A stretch of 48,110 bases of DNA from the NCBI GenBank assembly GCA_038105345.1, contig JAYOCI010000002.1, positions 1 to 48,110 of the forward strand, in the 5' to 3' direction. The position numbers and the translations under genes were made by a program. The notes beneath the pieces were generated by a model. It was not told the DNA's origin, searched no databases, and saw only the letters and a list, made by a program, of their open reading frames with translations. Positions within the stretch are counted from its first letter, which is position 1. Each line of letters begins with the position of its first letter. Shown here piece by piece: positions 19,075 to 29,427 of the stretch. The stretch is from Rhodobiaceae bacterium. GTDB taxonomy: Bacteria > Pseudomonadota > Alphaproteobacteria > RS24.

Positions 19075-21342
19075 ATGAGTGACACAGAAAAAAGCTTCAC
19101 CGATCAGGAAGCCCTGCGATTCCATACGCGCGGAAAGCCCGGCAAGTTGGAAATTAGTCCAACCAAGCCAATGGCCACCCAGCGCGATCTTTCGCTTGCA
19201 TATTCGCCGGGCGTTGCCGTTCCGGTGAAAGTCATCGCTGACAATCCCGACTCTTCATATGACTACACCTCACGCGGCAATATGGTTGCGGTGATCTCGA
19301 ACGGCACGGCCATTCTCGGGCTTGGCAATTTGGGCGCCTTGGCTTCAAAGCCAGTTATGGAAGGCAAGGCGGTTTTGTTCAAACGCTTTGCCGATGTCGA
19401 CTCAATCGACCTCGAAATTGATACTGAAGATCCGACTGAATTCATCAATGCGGTTAAATATTTGGGCCCGTCTTTTGGCGGCATTAATCTTGAAGATATC
19501 AAAGCGCCTGACTGTTTCATCATTGAGCAGCAATTGCGCGAGACCATGGATATTCCGGTTTTCCATGACGATCAGCATGGCACGGCAATTATTTGCGCCG
19601 CTGGCCTGATCAATGCTTTGCATCTTACCGGCCGCGATATCAAAGACATTAAAGTGACTGTAAATGGCGCTGGCTCGGCTGGTATTGCCTGTCTTGAGCT
19701 GATCAAAGCCATGGGGCTGCCGGCTGAAAACGCCATTTTATGCGACACCAAAGGGGTGATTTATCAAGGCCGCAAAGAGGGCATGAACCAATGGAAGTCA
19801 GCCCATGCCGTTAAAACCAAAGCCCGCTCCTTGGCCGATGCCATGAAGGGCGCGGATGTGTTTTTGGGCCTATCGGTTAAAGGTGCCGTCGATGCCGATA
19901 TGATTGCCAGCATGGCTGACAATCCAATTATTTTCGCCATGGCCAACCCTGATCCGGAAATCACGCCAGAAGAAGTCGCCGCCATTCGCGATGATGCCAT
20001 TATGGCCACAGGCCGCTCGGATTACCCTAATCAGGTGAATAATGTTTTGGGCTTCCCGTATATTTTCCGCGGCGCCCTCGATGTGCGCGCCCGCACCATT
20101 AATGATGAAATGAAAATTGCCTGCGCTGAGGCTTTGGCAATGCTGGCTCGCGAAGATGTGCCCGATGAAGTGGCCGCCGCCTATCAAGGTGAGCGCCCAC
20201 GTTTTGGCCCACGCTATATTATTCCCGTGCCGTTTGACCCGCGTTTGATTTGCGATATCCCTGCCGCTGTGGCGCGTGCCGCCATGGATAGTGGTGTAGC
20301 GCGCGCGCCGATTGTTGATATGGAAGCCTATCACCAAAGGTTGAAAGCGCGTCTCGATCCAACGGCCAGCTCGCTGCAAATCATCATGAATAAGTCGAAG
20401 CAAAACGGCAAACGGATGATTTTTGCCGAGGGCGAGCAAGAGCAAGTTATTCGTGCCGCCATTGCCTATAAAGACTTGGGGCTGGGCGCACCTATTTTGA
20501 TTGGCACGGAAGATATTGTGCGCGCCAATATGGCCGAGCTTGGGCTGGAAGAACGCACGGATATTGAAATCCGCGACACGCGCACCTCGCCGCAGATTCA
20601 GGAATATTCAGACTTCTTGTTTGAAAAACTGCAACGCCGTGGACGCCTGCACCGCGATTGCGAGCGCTTGGTTAGCAATGACCGCAATATTTTTGGCGCT
20701 TGTGCTATCGAGCGCGGCGATGCCGATGCAATGGTTACCGGTGTGACCCGCAGCTATTCCATCACGCTTGAGGAAGTCTCGCAGGTTATCGACCCACTGC
20801 CCAATCATCGGGTCATGGGGCTTTCCATGTTGGTGGTTCGTGGCCGCACGGTTTTGGTTGCCGATACAAATGTTATCGACATGCCGAGCGCCGAAGAACT
20901 GGCTGACATTGCCTGCCAAAGCGCCGCCGCAGCGCGGGCGTTGGGCCATGAGCCACGTGTGGCCATGCTGGCCTATTCGACCTTTGGCCACCCAGAAGGT
21001 GACCGCTCGGTGTTTGTTCGCGAGGCGGTCAAAATTCTCGACGCACGCGGCGTGGATTTCGAATATGAAGGCGAAATGGCGGCCGATGTGGCACTCAATC
21101 GCGAGGCCATGAAGCGCTACCCATTCTGCCGCCTGACAGAGCCAGCTAATATTCTCATCATGCCGGCCATTCACTCGGCTTCTATCTCGACCAAAATGTT
21201 GGAAGAGCTGGGCGGCGCGACCCTTATCGGCCCTATTCTCATCGGTCTTGAAAAGCCGGTGCAGATTGCCCGTATTGGCGCCACCGCCACCGAAGTGTTG
21301 AACATGGCCGCCATTGCCGCCTATGGCTTAGAAGAAATCTAG
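19075..21342 (+). CDS. maeB: NADP-dependent malic enzyme (malic enzyme domain + phosphotransacetylase-like domain)
   Basis: Full two-domain MaeB architecture. GAGGT lies 6 nt upstream of ATG 19075; the ORF-track start at 19030 is an upstream TTG. Confidence 0.93.
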   Translation: MSDTEKSFTDQEALRFHTRGKPGKLEISPTKPMATQRDLSLAYSPGVAVPVKVIADNPDSSYDYTSRGNMVAVISNGTAILGLGNLGALASKPVMEGKAVLFKRFADVDSIDLEIDTEDPTEFINAVKYLGPSFGGINLEDIKAPDCFIIEQQLRETMDIPVFHDDQHGTAIICAAGLINALHLTGRDIKDIKVTVNGAGSAGIACLELIKAMGLPAENAILCDTKGVIYQGRKEGMNQWKSAHAVKTKARSLADAMKGADVFLGLSVKGAVDADMIASMADNPIIFAMANPDPEITPEEVAAIRDDAIMATGRSDYPNQVNNVLGFPYIFRGALDVRARTINDEMKIACAEALAMLAREDVPDEVAAAYQGERPRFGPRYIIPVPFDPRLICDIPAAVARAAMDSGVARAPIVDMEAYHQRLKARLDPTASSLQIIMNKSKQNGKRMIFAEGEQEQVIRAAIAYKDLGLGAPILIGTEDIVRANMAELGLEERTDIEIRDTRTSPQIQEYSDFLFEKLQRRGRLHRDCERLVSNDRNIFGACAIERGDADAMVTGVTRSYSITLEEVSQVIDPLPNHRVMGLSMLVVRGRTVLVADTNVIDMPSAEELADIACQSAAAARALGHEPRVAMLAYSTFGHPEGDRSVFVREAVKILDARGVDFEYEGEMAADVALNREAMKRYPFCRLTEPANILIMPAIHSASISTKMLEELGGATLIGPILIGLEKPVQIARIGATATEVLNMAAIAAYGLEEI

Positions 21343-22863
21343 TCAGCTGCGGGCCTGAATACTGGCCAAACGCCGCCACACAGTGGCCGTCGCCACATCG
21401 CTTTCGCCGGGGACATCGGCGCCGGCTAAATCGGCGAGGGTGAGGGCGACGCGCAAAATCCGATTAAAGCCACGGGCCGACAAATATCGATCGCCAATTA
21501 AATGGTCGAGGATTTTTTGACCACCTGCATCGGGCTTTGCCAAAGTGCGTAATCGGTCGCCGTCGAGTTGTGCATTGAGACAGCCTTGCCGTTCCATTTG
21601 CCTTTGCCGCGCGGCCAGCACGCGAGCCGCGATTGGCGCACTGGCCTCACCAGCCTCAGCGCTCATCATTTTATCCAGCCGCACGGGCGGCACATCAATG
21701 CGAATGTCGAACCGGTCGAGCAAGGGCCCCGACAGGCGCGATAAATATTCCTTGCGGCAGATCGGCAATCGATGGCAAGCCAGATCGGTATCATCAGCAT
21801 GGCCACAGCGACACGGATTCATGGCCGCGACCAATTGAAAGCGCGCCTGATATTGCACATGCGCCTCGGCCCGCGCCACTTCCACTCGACCGGTCTCAAT
21901 TGGCTGGCGCAAGGCATCCAGCGCTTGGCGCGAAAACTCCGGCAATTCATCAAGAAATAAGACGCCGCAATGGGCCAGTGAAATCTCGCCTGGCTTGGCA
22001 TGGCGACCGCCGCCAATCAAAGCCGGCATGCTGGCCGAATGATGCGGCGCACGAAATGGTCGCTGATGCGCCATACGCACCCCGCCGCGCCGGCTCGATA
22101 GACTTTCGATAATGCTAATCTCAAGCCGCTCCTCCGATGTCAGCGCTGGCAAGAGGCTCGGCAAGCGCGCCGCCAACATGGACTTGCCAGCCCCCGGGGG
22201 GCCGTTCATTAAAAGATTATGCCCGCCAGCCGCCGTCACCTCCAAAGCCAAACGCGACTGATGCTGCTCGCGAATATCAGCCATGTCGGGGTGGTCTGGC
22301 TGAGTTTGCGGTTGCTCGGTTTTCGGCGGCGGCAGGATTTGCACACCGCGCAAATGATTGACGGCCTGTAGAATATGCCCAGCCGCGACAATGCCCGGTT
22401 GCCCCGGCTGGCACAGGCCCGACCATGCCGCCTCGCCGCCACAAGCGGCCGGACAAACCAAACCGACTTGCCTTTGCAGGGCCGCCATGGCTGCAGGCAA
22501 AGCGCCGGGCACGCCAATACAGGCACCATCCAGCCCCAGCTCACCCATGACGACATAGCCATCAACCTCAGATTGCGCCAGACCTCCCATGGCGACAATC
22601 AAACCAAGCGCAATCGGCAAATCATAGTGACTGCCCTCTTTCGGCATATCGGCTGGCGATAGATTAATCGTGATGCGGTCATAGGGCAGGGCGAGGCCAA
22701 TCGCCGCCAATGCCGCACGCACGCGTTCACGGCTTTCGGCGACAGATTTATCGGGCAGGCCGACCACATTGAAAGCATTTTGTCCCGGCGCCAAATGAAC
22801 TTGCACATCAACCGGCAAGGCATCAACGCCGCTGAAGGCGATTGTCTGAATATGCGCAACCAT
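21343..22863 (-). CDS. YifB/ComM-family Mg-chelatase-like AAA+ ATPase
   Basis: 506 aa with a Lon-like N-domain, Walker A GPPGAGKS and a ChlI-type AAA module. Confidence 0.9.
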   Translation of the reverse strand: MVAHIQTIAFSGVDALPVDVQVHLAPGQNAFNVVGLPDKSVAESRERVRAALAAIGLALPYDRITINLSPADMPKEGSHYDLPIALGLIVAMGGLAQSEVDGYVVMGELGLDGACIGVPGALPAAMAALQRQVGLVCPAACGGEAAWSGLCQPGQPGIVAAGHILQAVNHLRGVQILPPPKTEQPQTQPDHPDMADIREQHQSRLALEVTAAGGHNLLMNGPPGAGKSMLAARLPSLLPALTSEERLEISIIESLSSRRGGVRMAHQRPFRAPHHSASMPALIGGGRHAKPGEISLAHCGVLFLDELPEFSRQALDALRQPIETGRVEVARAEAHVQYQARFQLVAAMNPCRCGHADDTDLACHRLPICRKEYLSRLSGPLLDRFDIRIDVPPVRLDKMMSAEAGEASAPIAARVLAARQRQMERQGCLNAQLDGDRLRTLAKPDAGGQKILDHLIGDRYLSARGFNRILRVALTLADLAGADVPGESDVATATVWRRLASIQARS

Positions 22864-22937
22864 GGTTTTCTTTTCTTGGTCTTAAGCTTAGGTTGTGCTT
22901 CTAGCTTGACGCGAAACCGTCTCGCCTGCAACTAAAA

Positions 22938-23876
22938 CTAGCGGCGCGCCTCAATCGCGTCCCAAATCATCACAGCGATGTCTGGGCCACCAAATTCTTT
23001 AATCTCACGAATACAAGTTGGTGAGGTCACATTAATCTCGGTCAAATGCTCGCCAATAATGTCAATGCCGGCAAAGACAATGCCCAATTCGCGCAAGCGC
23101 GGCCCAATAGTGGCAGCGATTTCAAGGTCGCGATCGGTCAAGCCAGCAGCCTCAGGCGTGCCACCCACATGGACATTGGCGCGCGCATCACCGGCAGCTG
23201 GCACGCGGTTTAACGCACCAACCGCTTCGCCCTCGACCAAAATCACCCGCTTATCGCCAGCCCGCACATCCGGCAAATATTGTTGCGCAATCACCGGCTC
23301 GCGGCTACTGGCCAGGAACATATCGACCAGCGAGCCGAAATTCTCATCTTCCGCCCGCACTCTAAAAATGCCAGCGCCCCCATTGCCAAACACCGGCTTT
23401 AATATGACGTCGCCAAACTCGGCGCGAAAGCCTTTGAGCGCCTCGCGGTCACGCGTCATCAGGGTCGGCGGCAACAGGCCAGCGAATTCTACGGGAAAGA
23501 TTTTTTCTGGCGCATTGCGAACAGAGGCCGGATCATTGACCACCAGCGTATGCGGGTGGACGCGCTCAAGAAAATGCGTCGCCGAAATATAATTCATGTC
23601 AAAGGGTGGGTCTTGACGCATTAAAATCACGTCAAGGTCGCGCAAATTGGTCAGCTCTCCGCCGCCCAATTGATAATGCGCACCGACCACATCTGCGACT
23701 TGCAGGGGCTGAATGGAAGCGCTGACCTCGCCGTCGCGCATGGCCAAACGATCTGGCTCATAATAAAACAAGTCATGGCCACGTCTCTGGGCTTCCAGAG
23801 CCAAGGCAAAACTCGTGTCGCCACGAATATCAATGCCGCCAATCGGATCCATTTGCAGGGCCACGCGCAAAACCAT
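22938..23876 (-). CDS. gshB: glutathione synthase
   Basis: 312-aa prokaryotic GSH synthetase N-domain plus an ATP-grasp domain. AAGGA lies upstream of the ATG. Confidence 0.92.
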   Translation of the reverse strand: MVLRVALQMDPIGGIDIRGDTSFALALEAQRRGHDLFYYEPDRLAMRDGEVSASIQPLQVADVVGAHYQLGGGELTNLRDLDVILMRQDPPFDMNYISATHFLERVHPHTLVVNDPASVRNAPEKIFPVEFAGLLPPTLMTRDREALKGFRAEFGDVILKPVFGNGGAGIFRVRAEDENFGSLVDMFLASSREPVIAQQYLPDVRAGDKRVILVEGEAVGALNRVPAAGDARANVHVGGTPEAAGLTDRDLEIAATIGPRLRELGIVFAGIDIIGEHLTEINVTSPTCIREIKEFGGPDIAVMIWDAIEARR

Positions 23877-23953
23877 AAAGCGTCCTTTCCACTCTCACTG
23901 GCGACACTTTCCCCGATATTGGCGAATTGCTCAAGTGCTGAGATGGTGAAATG

Positions 23954-24325
23954 TTAAAATCGCCAGACCGCCTTTTTATGACGCGGCCATCGCCCGCCGC
24001 CCAAGCCGATAAAATCAAACCGCCATGGCAAATGCTGCAACTGCTGATGTCGGCCGACAAAAGCGTTCGCCGCCGCTTCAATGCGACGCCATTGCATCGG
24101 CGTCACAGCGTCCAAATCTGCCGCCGCGCCGGTTCTTTGTTTGACTTCGACAAACACCAGCAGCTGGTTACGCATGGCGATAATGTCAATCTCGCCACGA
24201 CGATGACGAAAATTGCGAGCCAGAATGCGATAGCCTTTGAGACGCAAAAACAGCGCCGCCAGCGCCTCTGAGCGGCGTCCGCTTCTCTCTCTATATTGGC
24301 GTTGGTTTTTATTTTTTGCGCCCAT
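23954..24325 (-). CDS. YraN-family (UPF0102) endonuclease-like protein
   Basis: GYRILARNFR...GEIDIIA core. ATG 24325 lies 13 nt after the rsmI stop; the ORF maximum at 24370 would overlap rsmI. Confidence 0.8.
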   Translation of the reverse strand: MGAKNKNQRQYRERSGRRSEALAALFLRLKGYRILARNFRHRRGEIDIIAMRNQLLVFVEVKQRTGAAADLDAVTPMQWRRIEAAANAFVGRHQQLQHLPWRFDFIGLGGGRWPRHKKAVWRF

Positions 24326-24338
24326 AATTGACCAAGGA

Positions 24339-25208
24339 TTATTCTTCGCTGAGCTGCAAGGCCCGTTCATAGACTTGTTTTCGCTTCAGCCCCGTCTCGG
24401 CGCAAACCTGCTGCACCGCATCGCGCAGGCTCATTTTATCAAGAGCCGCCGCCAAAGCCGCATCAATTTGTGCCGTGCGATCAGACGCATCAAGCGCCTG
24501 TGTCGCCGGGCCAATCAGAAAGACAATCTCGCCACGCGGCGGTTGCGCTTCGAATTGCGCCGCCAAGCTCGCCGCATCGCCGCTAATTAATTGTTCAAAT
24601 TTTTTGGTGATTTCCCGCGCCACAACAATCTCGCGTGGGCCTAATATCGTGGCCACATCGGCCAAGGTTTTGGCCAGACGTTTGGCGCTTTCGAAAAATA
24701 CTAATGTGCCGCTCTGCTGAGCTAATTTTTGCAAAGCCTTTTGCCGCGCCGCTTGTTTCGGCGGCAGAAAACCGAAGAAGCTAAATTGATCGGTCGGCAG
24801 GCCAGCAATGCTCAAAGCCGCGATTGGGGCCGATGGGCCGGGAATGGCAAACACTTCATGGCCGGCCTCGCGCGCGGCCCGCACCAAGGGCATGCCAGGG
24901 TCAGAAATCAGCGGCGTGCCAGCATCGCTAATCAGTGCAATGGCTTGCCCGTCATCCAATTGTTGCAAAATCTTCGGGCGCATTTCTTGCGCATTATGCT
25001 CATGATAAGCGCGCCGCGAGGTGGTGATATTGTGCAAGGCCATAAGCTTGCCGCTGGTCCGCGTATCTTCGCAATAAATCACCGCAACGCTTGATAATAT
25101 ATCAAGCGCCCGCAAGGTAATGTCGCGCGCATTGCCCAGAGGGGTGGCGACAATATAAAGGCCGGCAGGCAGGCCTTGGCTTTGAATATCTGCTTTGCGC
25201 ATAGCCAT
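24339..25208 (-). CDS. rsmI: 16S rRNA (cytidine1402-2'-O)-methyltransferase
   Basis: Tetrapyrrole-methylase fold with LYIVATPLGN and IYCEDTR. The start is ATG 25208 or ATG 25202. Confidence 0.92.
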   Translation of the reverse strand: MAMRKADIQSQGLPAGLYIVATPLGNARDITLRALDILSSVAVIYCEDTRTSGKLMALHNITTSRRAYHEHNAQEMRPKILQQLDDGQAIALISDAGTPLISDPGMPLVRAAREAGHEVFAIPGPSAPIAALSIAGLPTDQFSFFGFLPPKQAARQKALQKLAQQSGTLVFFESAKRLAKTLADVATILGPREIVVAREITKKFEQLISGDAASLAAQFEAQPPRGEIVFLIGPATQALDASDRTAQIDAALAAALDKMSLRDAVQQVCAETGLKRKQVYERALQLSEE

Positions 25209-25283
25209 AGAAAACGTCTGTTTCGCTCGGAAGGCAAGCTTAAACAGCGGCTTGACCCATTTACGCCTTATTTTTCTGGCAGG

Positions 25284-25312
25284 TTTACTTATTAACGCTA
25301 GGGGGATAATTT
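25284..25312 (+). promoter_or_regulatory. candidate promoter of the lpoA-like gene
   Basis: TTTACT-N17-TAATTT in the rsmI/lpoA divergent spacer, about 22 nt upstream of GTG 25335. Confidence 0.2.
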
Positions 25313-25334
25313 GGCGTCAAGCAAGGAGACGTTT

Positions 25335-26807
25335 GTGGCACCACATTTACCGAAAATTATGCGCATTATGGCGCTATTTTTGCCATTGCTCGTCATCTCG
25401 TGCGGCGCGCCTTTGGCGCCACAAAACGCAGATTATCGTTGGCCACAAACCGCCACGCCACGCCCCTATGTGGCGCCAATACGCATTGATTTCAGCCAAT
25501 TCCCCGAGGCGCCGCCACGGCCACCAAACGCCACCACCATCAGCCTATTACTGCCCATGAGCGACAGCCGCGAGAACATTCGAGTGCTGGCGGCGGATTT
25601 GTTTAATGCAGCGCAATTAGCCGTGTTCGACGCGGGGCAGGATAAAATCGTTTTGCGCTTGCATGATACACAGGGCACGCCAGAAGGTGCCGCCCATGCG
25701 GCAAAAGCAGCGATTGCGGCCCAATCCGATATTTTAATCGGGCCGCTTTTCTCATCTTCAGTTGAAGCCATTGCGCCTGTTCTCGCTGGTCGCAATGTGC
25801 CTGCGCTCGCCTTCTCTAATGACCTCTCAGCCCGCGCCGCCAATATTTGGCTGCTTGGCTTCATACCAGAACAAAACATCGACCGCGTGGTCGCCGAAAC
25901 CATTTCCCAAGGCCTCGTGCGTTTTGGCGTTTTAGTGCCAGAGGGCGCCTATGGTCAGAAATTATTATATCAAGTCAGCGAAACGATTGAGCGTTTTGGC
26001 GGCGAGTTGGTGCAAGCCGAAGCCTATCCAGAAGACGCCGAGGGCATGTTTGACCCCGTGCGGCGGCTGGCGCAATTCGATCGGCGGCGACAAGCACATG
26101 AAAATGAAATGGCGCGGCTGACCGCAGAAGCACGGCGTCTGGCCCCAGCTGATATATCTGACGACAGACTATTTTCCTCTCTGCGCACCATCGCACCAGA
26201 ATTAGTCTCGGCCTATGAAACCCTAAAGCGGTCTGAAACCCTCGGCGACATACCCTATGATGTGGTGTTTGTTCCAGAGGGCGGTTTGGCCTTGCGGAAA
26301 TTAGCGCCGCTTTTGCCGTATTTTGATGTCGACCCGAAATTGGTCAAATTCATCGGCACCGGATTATGGGATGACCCGAGCCTCTCGCAAGAGCCGCCCC
26401 TGCATGGCGGCTGGTATGCCGCGCCCGATCGTAAATTATGGGACGGCTATCAGCAGCGCTATGAAGAATTATTTGCCCGACCCGCGCCGCGCCTGACCAG
26501 CATTGCCTATGATAGTGTTAGCCTTGCCATTCGGCTGGCGACGATTAATCCGACACAACCTTTTGCCTATCATTTGCTGACTGATCCAAATGGCTTTGCG
26601 GGTCTCGATGGCATTTTGCGCCTAACCCAAGACGGCTTAAATGAGCGCGGCTTGGCGGTGCAAGAAATCACCAGCGGCACACCCCGCGTCGTAAGCCCAG
26701 CGCCGCGCAGTTTCGTCAGTCACGACCGCAATATGCGAGCCGCTTTGGCGCGGGCCGAAAGCCTGCAAGATGCCGCCGCGCAAGCGCCCATTTTAAGACG
26801 CCAGTAA
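25335..26807 (+). CDS. LpoA/LppC-like penicillin-binding-protein activator lipoprotein (type-1 periplasmic-binding fold)
   Basis: Lipoprotein signal with lipobox LLVISC. GTG 25335 is preceded by AAGGAG at 6 nt. The gene is divergent from rsmI, as in the E. coli rsmI/lpoA arrangement. The start could also be ATG 25359. Confidence 0.7.
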   Translation: MAPHLPKIMRIMALFLPLLVISCGAPLAPQNADYRWPQTATPRPYVAPIRIDFSQFPEAPPRPPNATTISLLLPMSDSRENIRVLAADLFNAAQLAVFDAGQDKIVLRLHDTQGTPEGAAHAAKAAIAAQSDILIGPLFSSSVEAIAPVLAGRNVPALAFSNDLSARAANIWLLGFIPEQNIDRVVAETISQGLVRFGVLVPEGAYGQKLLYQVSETIERFGGELVQAEAYPEDAEGMFDPVRRLAQFDRRRQAHENEMARLTAEARRLAPADISDDRLFSSLRTIAPELVSAYETLKRSETLGDIPYDVVFVPEGGLALRKLAPLLPYFDVDPKLVKFIGTGLWDDPSLSQEPPLHGGWYAAPDRKLWDGYQQRYEELFARPAPRLTSIAYDSVSLAIRLATINPTQPFAYHLLTDPNGFAGLDGILRLTQDGLNERGLAVQEITSGTPRVVSPAPRSFVSHDRNMRAALARAESLQDAAAQAPILRRQ

Positions 26808-27941
26808 TGTTGCAATAAGATGGTCCAGCACCAGCCGGCCTTGGCGGCTGGCAACCAAATGCGTTTCGCTAGGCAATAAAACACCAGCTTCTTGCAGTGC
26901 CACTTGCTTATCGCTCGGCAGTTTGACGCCGCGTGCCGCCATCTCCGACAGGCTGATGCCCTCGACCAAACGCAGACCCAGCAAAAGCATTTCCGTGCGC
27001 CGCTCGTCGTCATCTAAAATTTTATCTTCGTCCCAGCCATGGCCTTGAGCCTCGACTTGCGCCAGCCATGCTTGCGGCGCTTTCACGGCGATGGTCGCGC
27101 GGCGCTGCTTGCCATCACTGAGCCGCCCATGCGCCCCGGGGCCAATGCCGAGATAGTCGCCGCCGCGCCAGCTGGCAATATTATGTCGGCAAGCATGGCC
27201 CGGACGCGCGTGGTTGGACACTTCATAAGCCGGCAGACCAGCCGCGGCGCACATATCTTGTGTCAAATCATAGAGGTCGGCGGCGCTATCATCATCCGGC
27301 ACGGCAAAGCGACCAGCCGCATGCAATCGGTGGAAGGGCGTATCCGGCTCAATGGTTAATTGATAAAGCGACACATGATCGGGCGCTTCGCCCAAGACGC
27401 GGCCCAGCTCGTCGCGCCATGTCGCCAAACTCTGACCCGGGCGGGCATAGATTAAATCCAGCGACACATGCGGAAACACCTCACGGGCCAATCGGAAAGC
27501 CGCCAGCGCATCGGCGGCGCTATGCGTGCGGCCGAGAAACTTCAATGCGGCATCATCTAAGGATTGCACGCCAAGCGACAGGCGCGTAACGCCCGCGCCA
27601 GATAAATCAGCCAAATGCGCTTGCGGTGCGCTGACCGGATTGGCTTCGAGGGTAATTTCAGCATCGGCCGCCAGACCCCAAAGCCGATTGATCTCGGACA
27701 GAATATCGGCAACCAAATCGGCAGGCATAAGAGACGGTGTGCCGCCGCCAAAAAACACGGTTTGCACCGGCCCTTGTGGGCGTTGGCTGAAAGCATATTG
27801 CAATTCAGCAAAATAAGCGGCGCGCCATTGTTGCGGCTGCATATCGCGCATCAAATGCACGTTGAAATCACAATAGGGGCAAATCGCGGCGCAAAACGGC
27901 CAATGCAAATAAATACTCAGCGGCGGCAAATCAGGCTTCAA
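26793..27941 (-). CDS. hemW: radical SAM heme chaperone HemW (HemN-like)
   Basis: Radical-SAM [10 protein letters not shown] shortly after the start, plus a HemN_C-type C-terminus. I prefer TTG 27941; the ORF maximum ATG 28019 would overlap rdgB by 89 nt. Confidence 0.88.
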   Translation of the reverse strand: MKPDLPPLSIYLHWPFCAAICPYCDFNVHLMRDMQPQQWRAAYFAELQYAFSQRPQGPVQTVFFGGGTPSLMPADLVADILSEINRLWGLAADAEITLEANPVSAPQAHLADLSGAGVTRLSLGVQSLDDAALKFLGRTHSAADALAAFRLAREVFPHVSLDLIYARPGQSLATWRDELGRVLGEAPDHVSLYQLTIEPDTPFHRLHAAGRFAVPDDDSAADLYDLTQDMCAAAGLPAYEVSNHARPGHACRHNIASWRGGDYLGIGPGAHGRLSDGKQRRATIAVKAPQAWLAQVEAQGHGWDEDKILDDDERRTEMLLLGLRLVEGISLSEMAARGVKLPSDKQVALQEAGVLLPSETHLVASRQGRLVLDHLIATLLAS

Positions 27942-28548
27942 AACAATGCTCGACCAATTGTTGAAAGGCGTCGGCGCGGTGCGATATGGCGTGTTTAGCG
28001 GCCGGATCCATTTCGCCAAATGTCAAATCGCCGCCAAGCGGTAAGAACATCGGGTCATAACCAAAGCCGTTCAGCCCGCGCAGGGGCCATACTAATGTGC
28101 CCAAGACTTTGCCCTCAAAACTCTCGACATGACCGTCTGGCCAAGCCAGAGACAAGGCGCAAATAAACCGCGCCGTGCGGGGCGCGTCTGGTTTTTGCGC
28201 CAGCGCCATATGCACTTTGTGCATGGCAAATTGAAAATCGCGCTCACCGCTGGCGGTCTGCGCCCAGCGCGCCGAATAAATGCCCGGCGCACCATCCAGC
28301 CCATCAACCGCCAAACCGCTGTCATCAGCCAAGGCAGGCAGGCCCGATGCCGTCGCTGAAGCCAATGCTTTGAGTTCAGCATTGGCAATAAATGTGCTGC
28401 CGGTTTCTTCCGGCTCGGGCAGGCCAAGCGCCTCGGCGCCAAGCGTTTCAACTTGAAAAGCCGCCAGCAAATCAGCGATCTCAACCAGCTTGCCTTTATT
28501 ATGAGAGGCAATAACCAATTGGCGATCCGTGAATTTGCGCGCCGCCAT
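27931..28548 (-). CDS. rdgB: dITP/XTP pyrophosphatase (non-canonical purine NTPase)
   Basis: Ham1 motifs [10 protein letters not shown] and GFGYDPMF. The ATG shares 1 nt with the rph stop (TAATG). Confidence 0.93.
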   Translation of the reverse strand: MAARKFTDRQLVIASHNKGKLVEIADLLAAFQVETLGAEALGLPEPEETGSTFIANAELKALASATASGLPALADDSGLAVDGLDGAPGIYSARWAQTASGERDFQFAMHKVHMALAQKPDAPRTARFICALSLAWPDGHVESFEGKVLGTLVWPLRGLNGFGYDPMFLPLGGDLTFGEMDPAAKHAISHRADAFQQLVEHCFEA

Positions 28549-29273
28549 TAGCCACCCACCGCTTGTTTTTGCAGTGCCACAAGTTCAGCAATACCGTCTT
28601 TGGCCAAACGCATAAGGGCGGCAAATTCATCCTCGCCAAAAGCAGCGCCTTCGGCGGTGGCTTGAATTTCAACAATCGAGCCGCTGCCAGTCATGACAAA
28701 ATTGCCATCCGTATCGGCGACACTGTCTTCGTCATAATCAAGGTCGGCAACCGGCAGACCCTGATAAATACCGCAAGATAAAGCGGCCACATGATCGGTA
28801 ATAACCCCGGGCCCGACTTTGCCCTTTTCTTGCATCATGGCGACACATTGATAAAGCGCCACCCAAGCGCCGGTGATCGACGCGGTGCGGGTGCCGCCAT
28901 CGGCCTGAATGACATCGCAATCAAGGCTGATTTGGTTTTCGCCAAGTTTTTTCATATCAACGACAGCCCGCAGAGACCGCCCGATTAACCGCTGAATTTC
29001 CTGCGTCCGGCCCGATTGCTTGCCGGCATTGGCCTCACGGCGCATGCGGTCGCCGGTCGAACGCGGCAACATACCATATTCAGCCGTCACCCAACCTTCG
29101 CCTTTGCCGCGCAGCCATGGTGGCACGCGCTCTTCTAAACTGGCTGTGCACAAGACATGGGTGTCGCCAAATTTAATCAGGCACGACCCTTCGGCGTGTT
29201 TGGACACATTGGTTTCAATCGATATGGGGCGAAGCTGATTGGCCGAACGGCCTGATGGGCGGGTGACAGTCAT
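28548..29273 (-). CDS. rph: ribonuclease PH
   Basis: [12 protein letters not shown]... and the RNase PH core. AGGA lies 6 nt upstream of ATG 29273; the ORF maximum at 29324 is an unsupported extension. Confidence 0.95.
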   Translation of the reverse strand: MTVTRPSGRSANQLRPISIETNVSKHAEGSCLIKFGDTHVLCTASLEERVPPWLRGKGEGWVTAEYGMLPRSTGDRMRREANAGKQSGRTQEIQRLIGRSLRAVVDMKKLGENQISLDCDVIQADGGTRTASITGAWVALYQCVAMMQEKGKVGPGVITDHVAALSCGIYQGLPVADLDYDEDSVADTDGNFVMTGSGSIVEIQATAEGAAFGEDEFAALMRLAKDGIAELVALQKQAVGG

Positions 29274-29427
29274 GATTTTTCCTAACCTTGCGACAGCGTG
29301 AATTTGTAACTTCTGTGTAGCCAAATGCGCGCCGCCTCACAAGGCCAGCATGACGCTAATCGACGAATTGTGCATTTCTTCACTCAGGGGGCTGGGAAAT
29401 AGGGTCGCTAATGCTTAAATAGTCAAC

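Noticed and set aside
22864-22937. tRNA-sized (74 nt and 77 nt) spacers at 22864-22937 and 23877-23953
   Set aside because: Neither strand shows acceptor-stem complementarity, a GTTCGAATC-like T-loop or a D-loop signature.
27942-28019. hemW starting at ATG 28019, an 89-nt overlap with rdgB
   Set aside because: The radical-SAM motif follows shortly after TTG 27941, and the extension would overlap the conserved RdgB C-terminus. The start remains uncertain.
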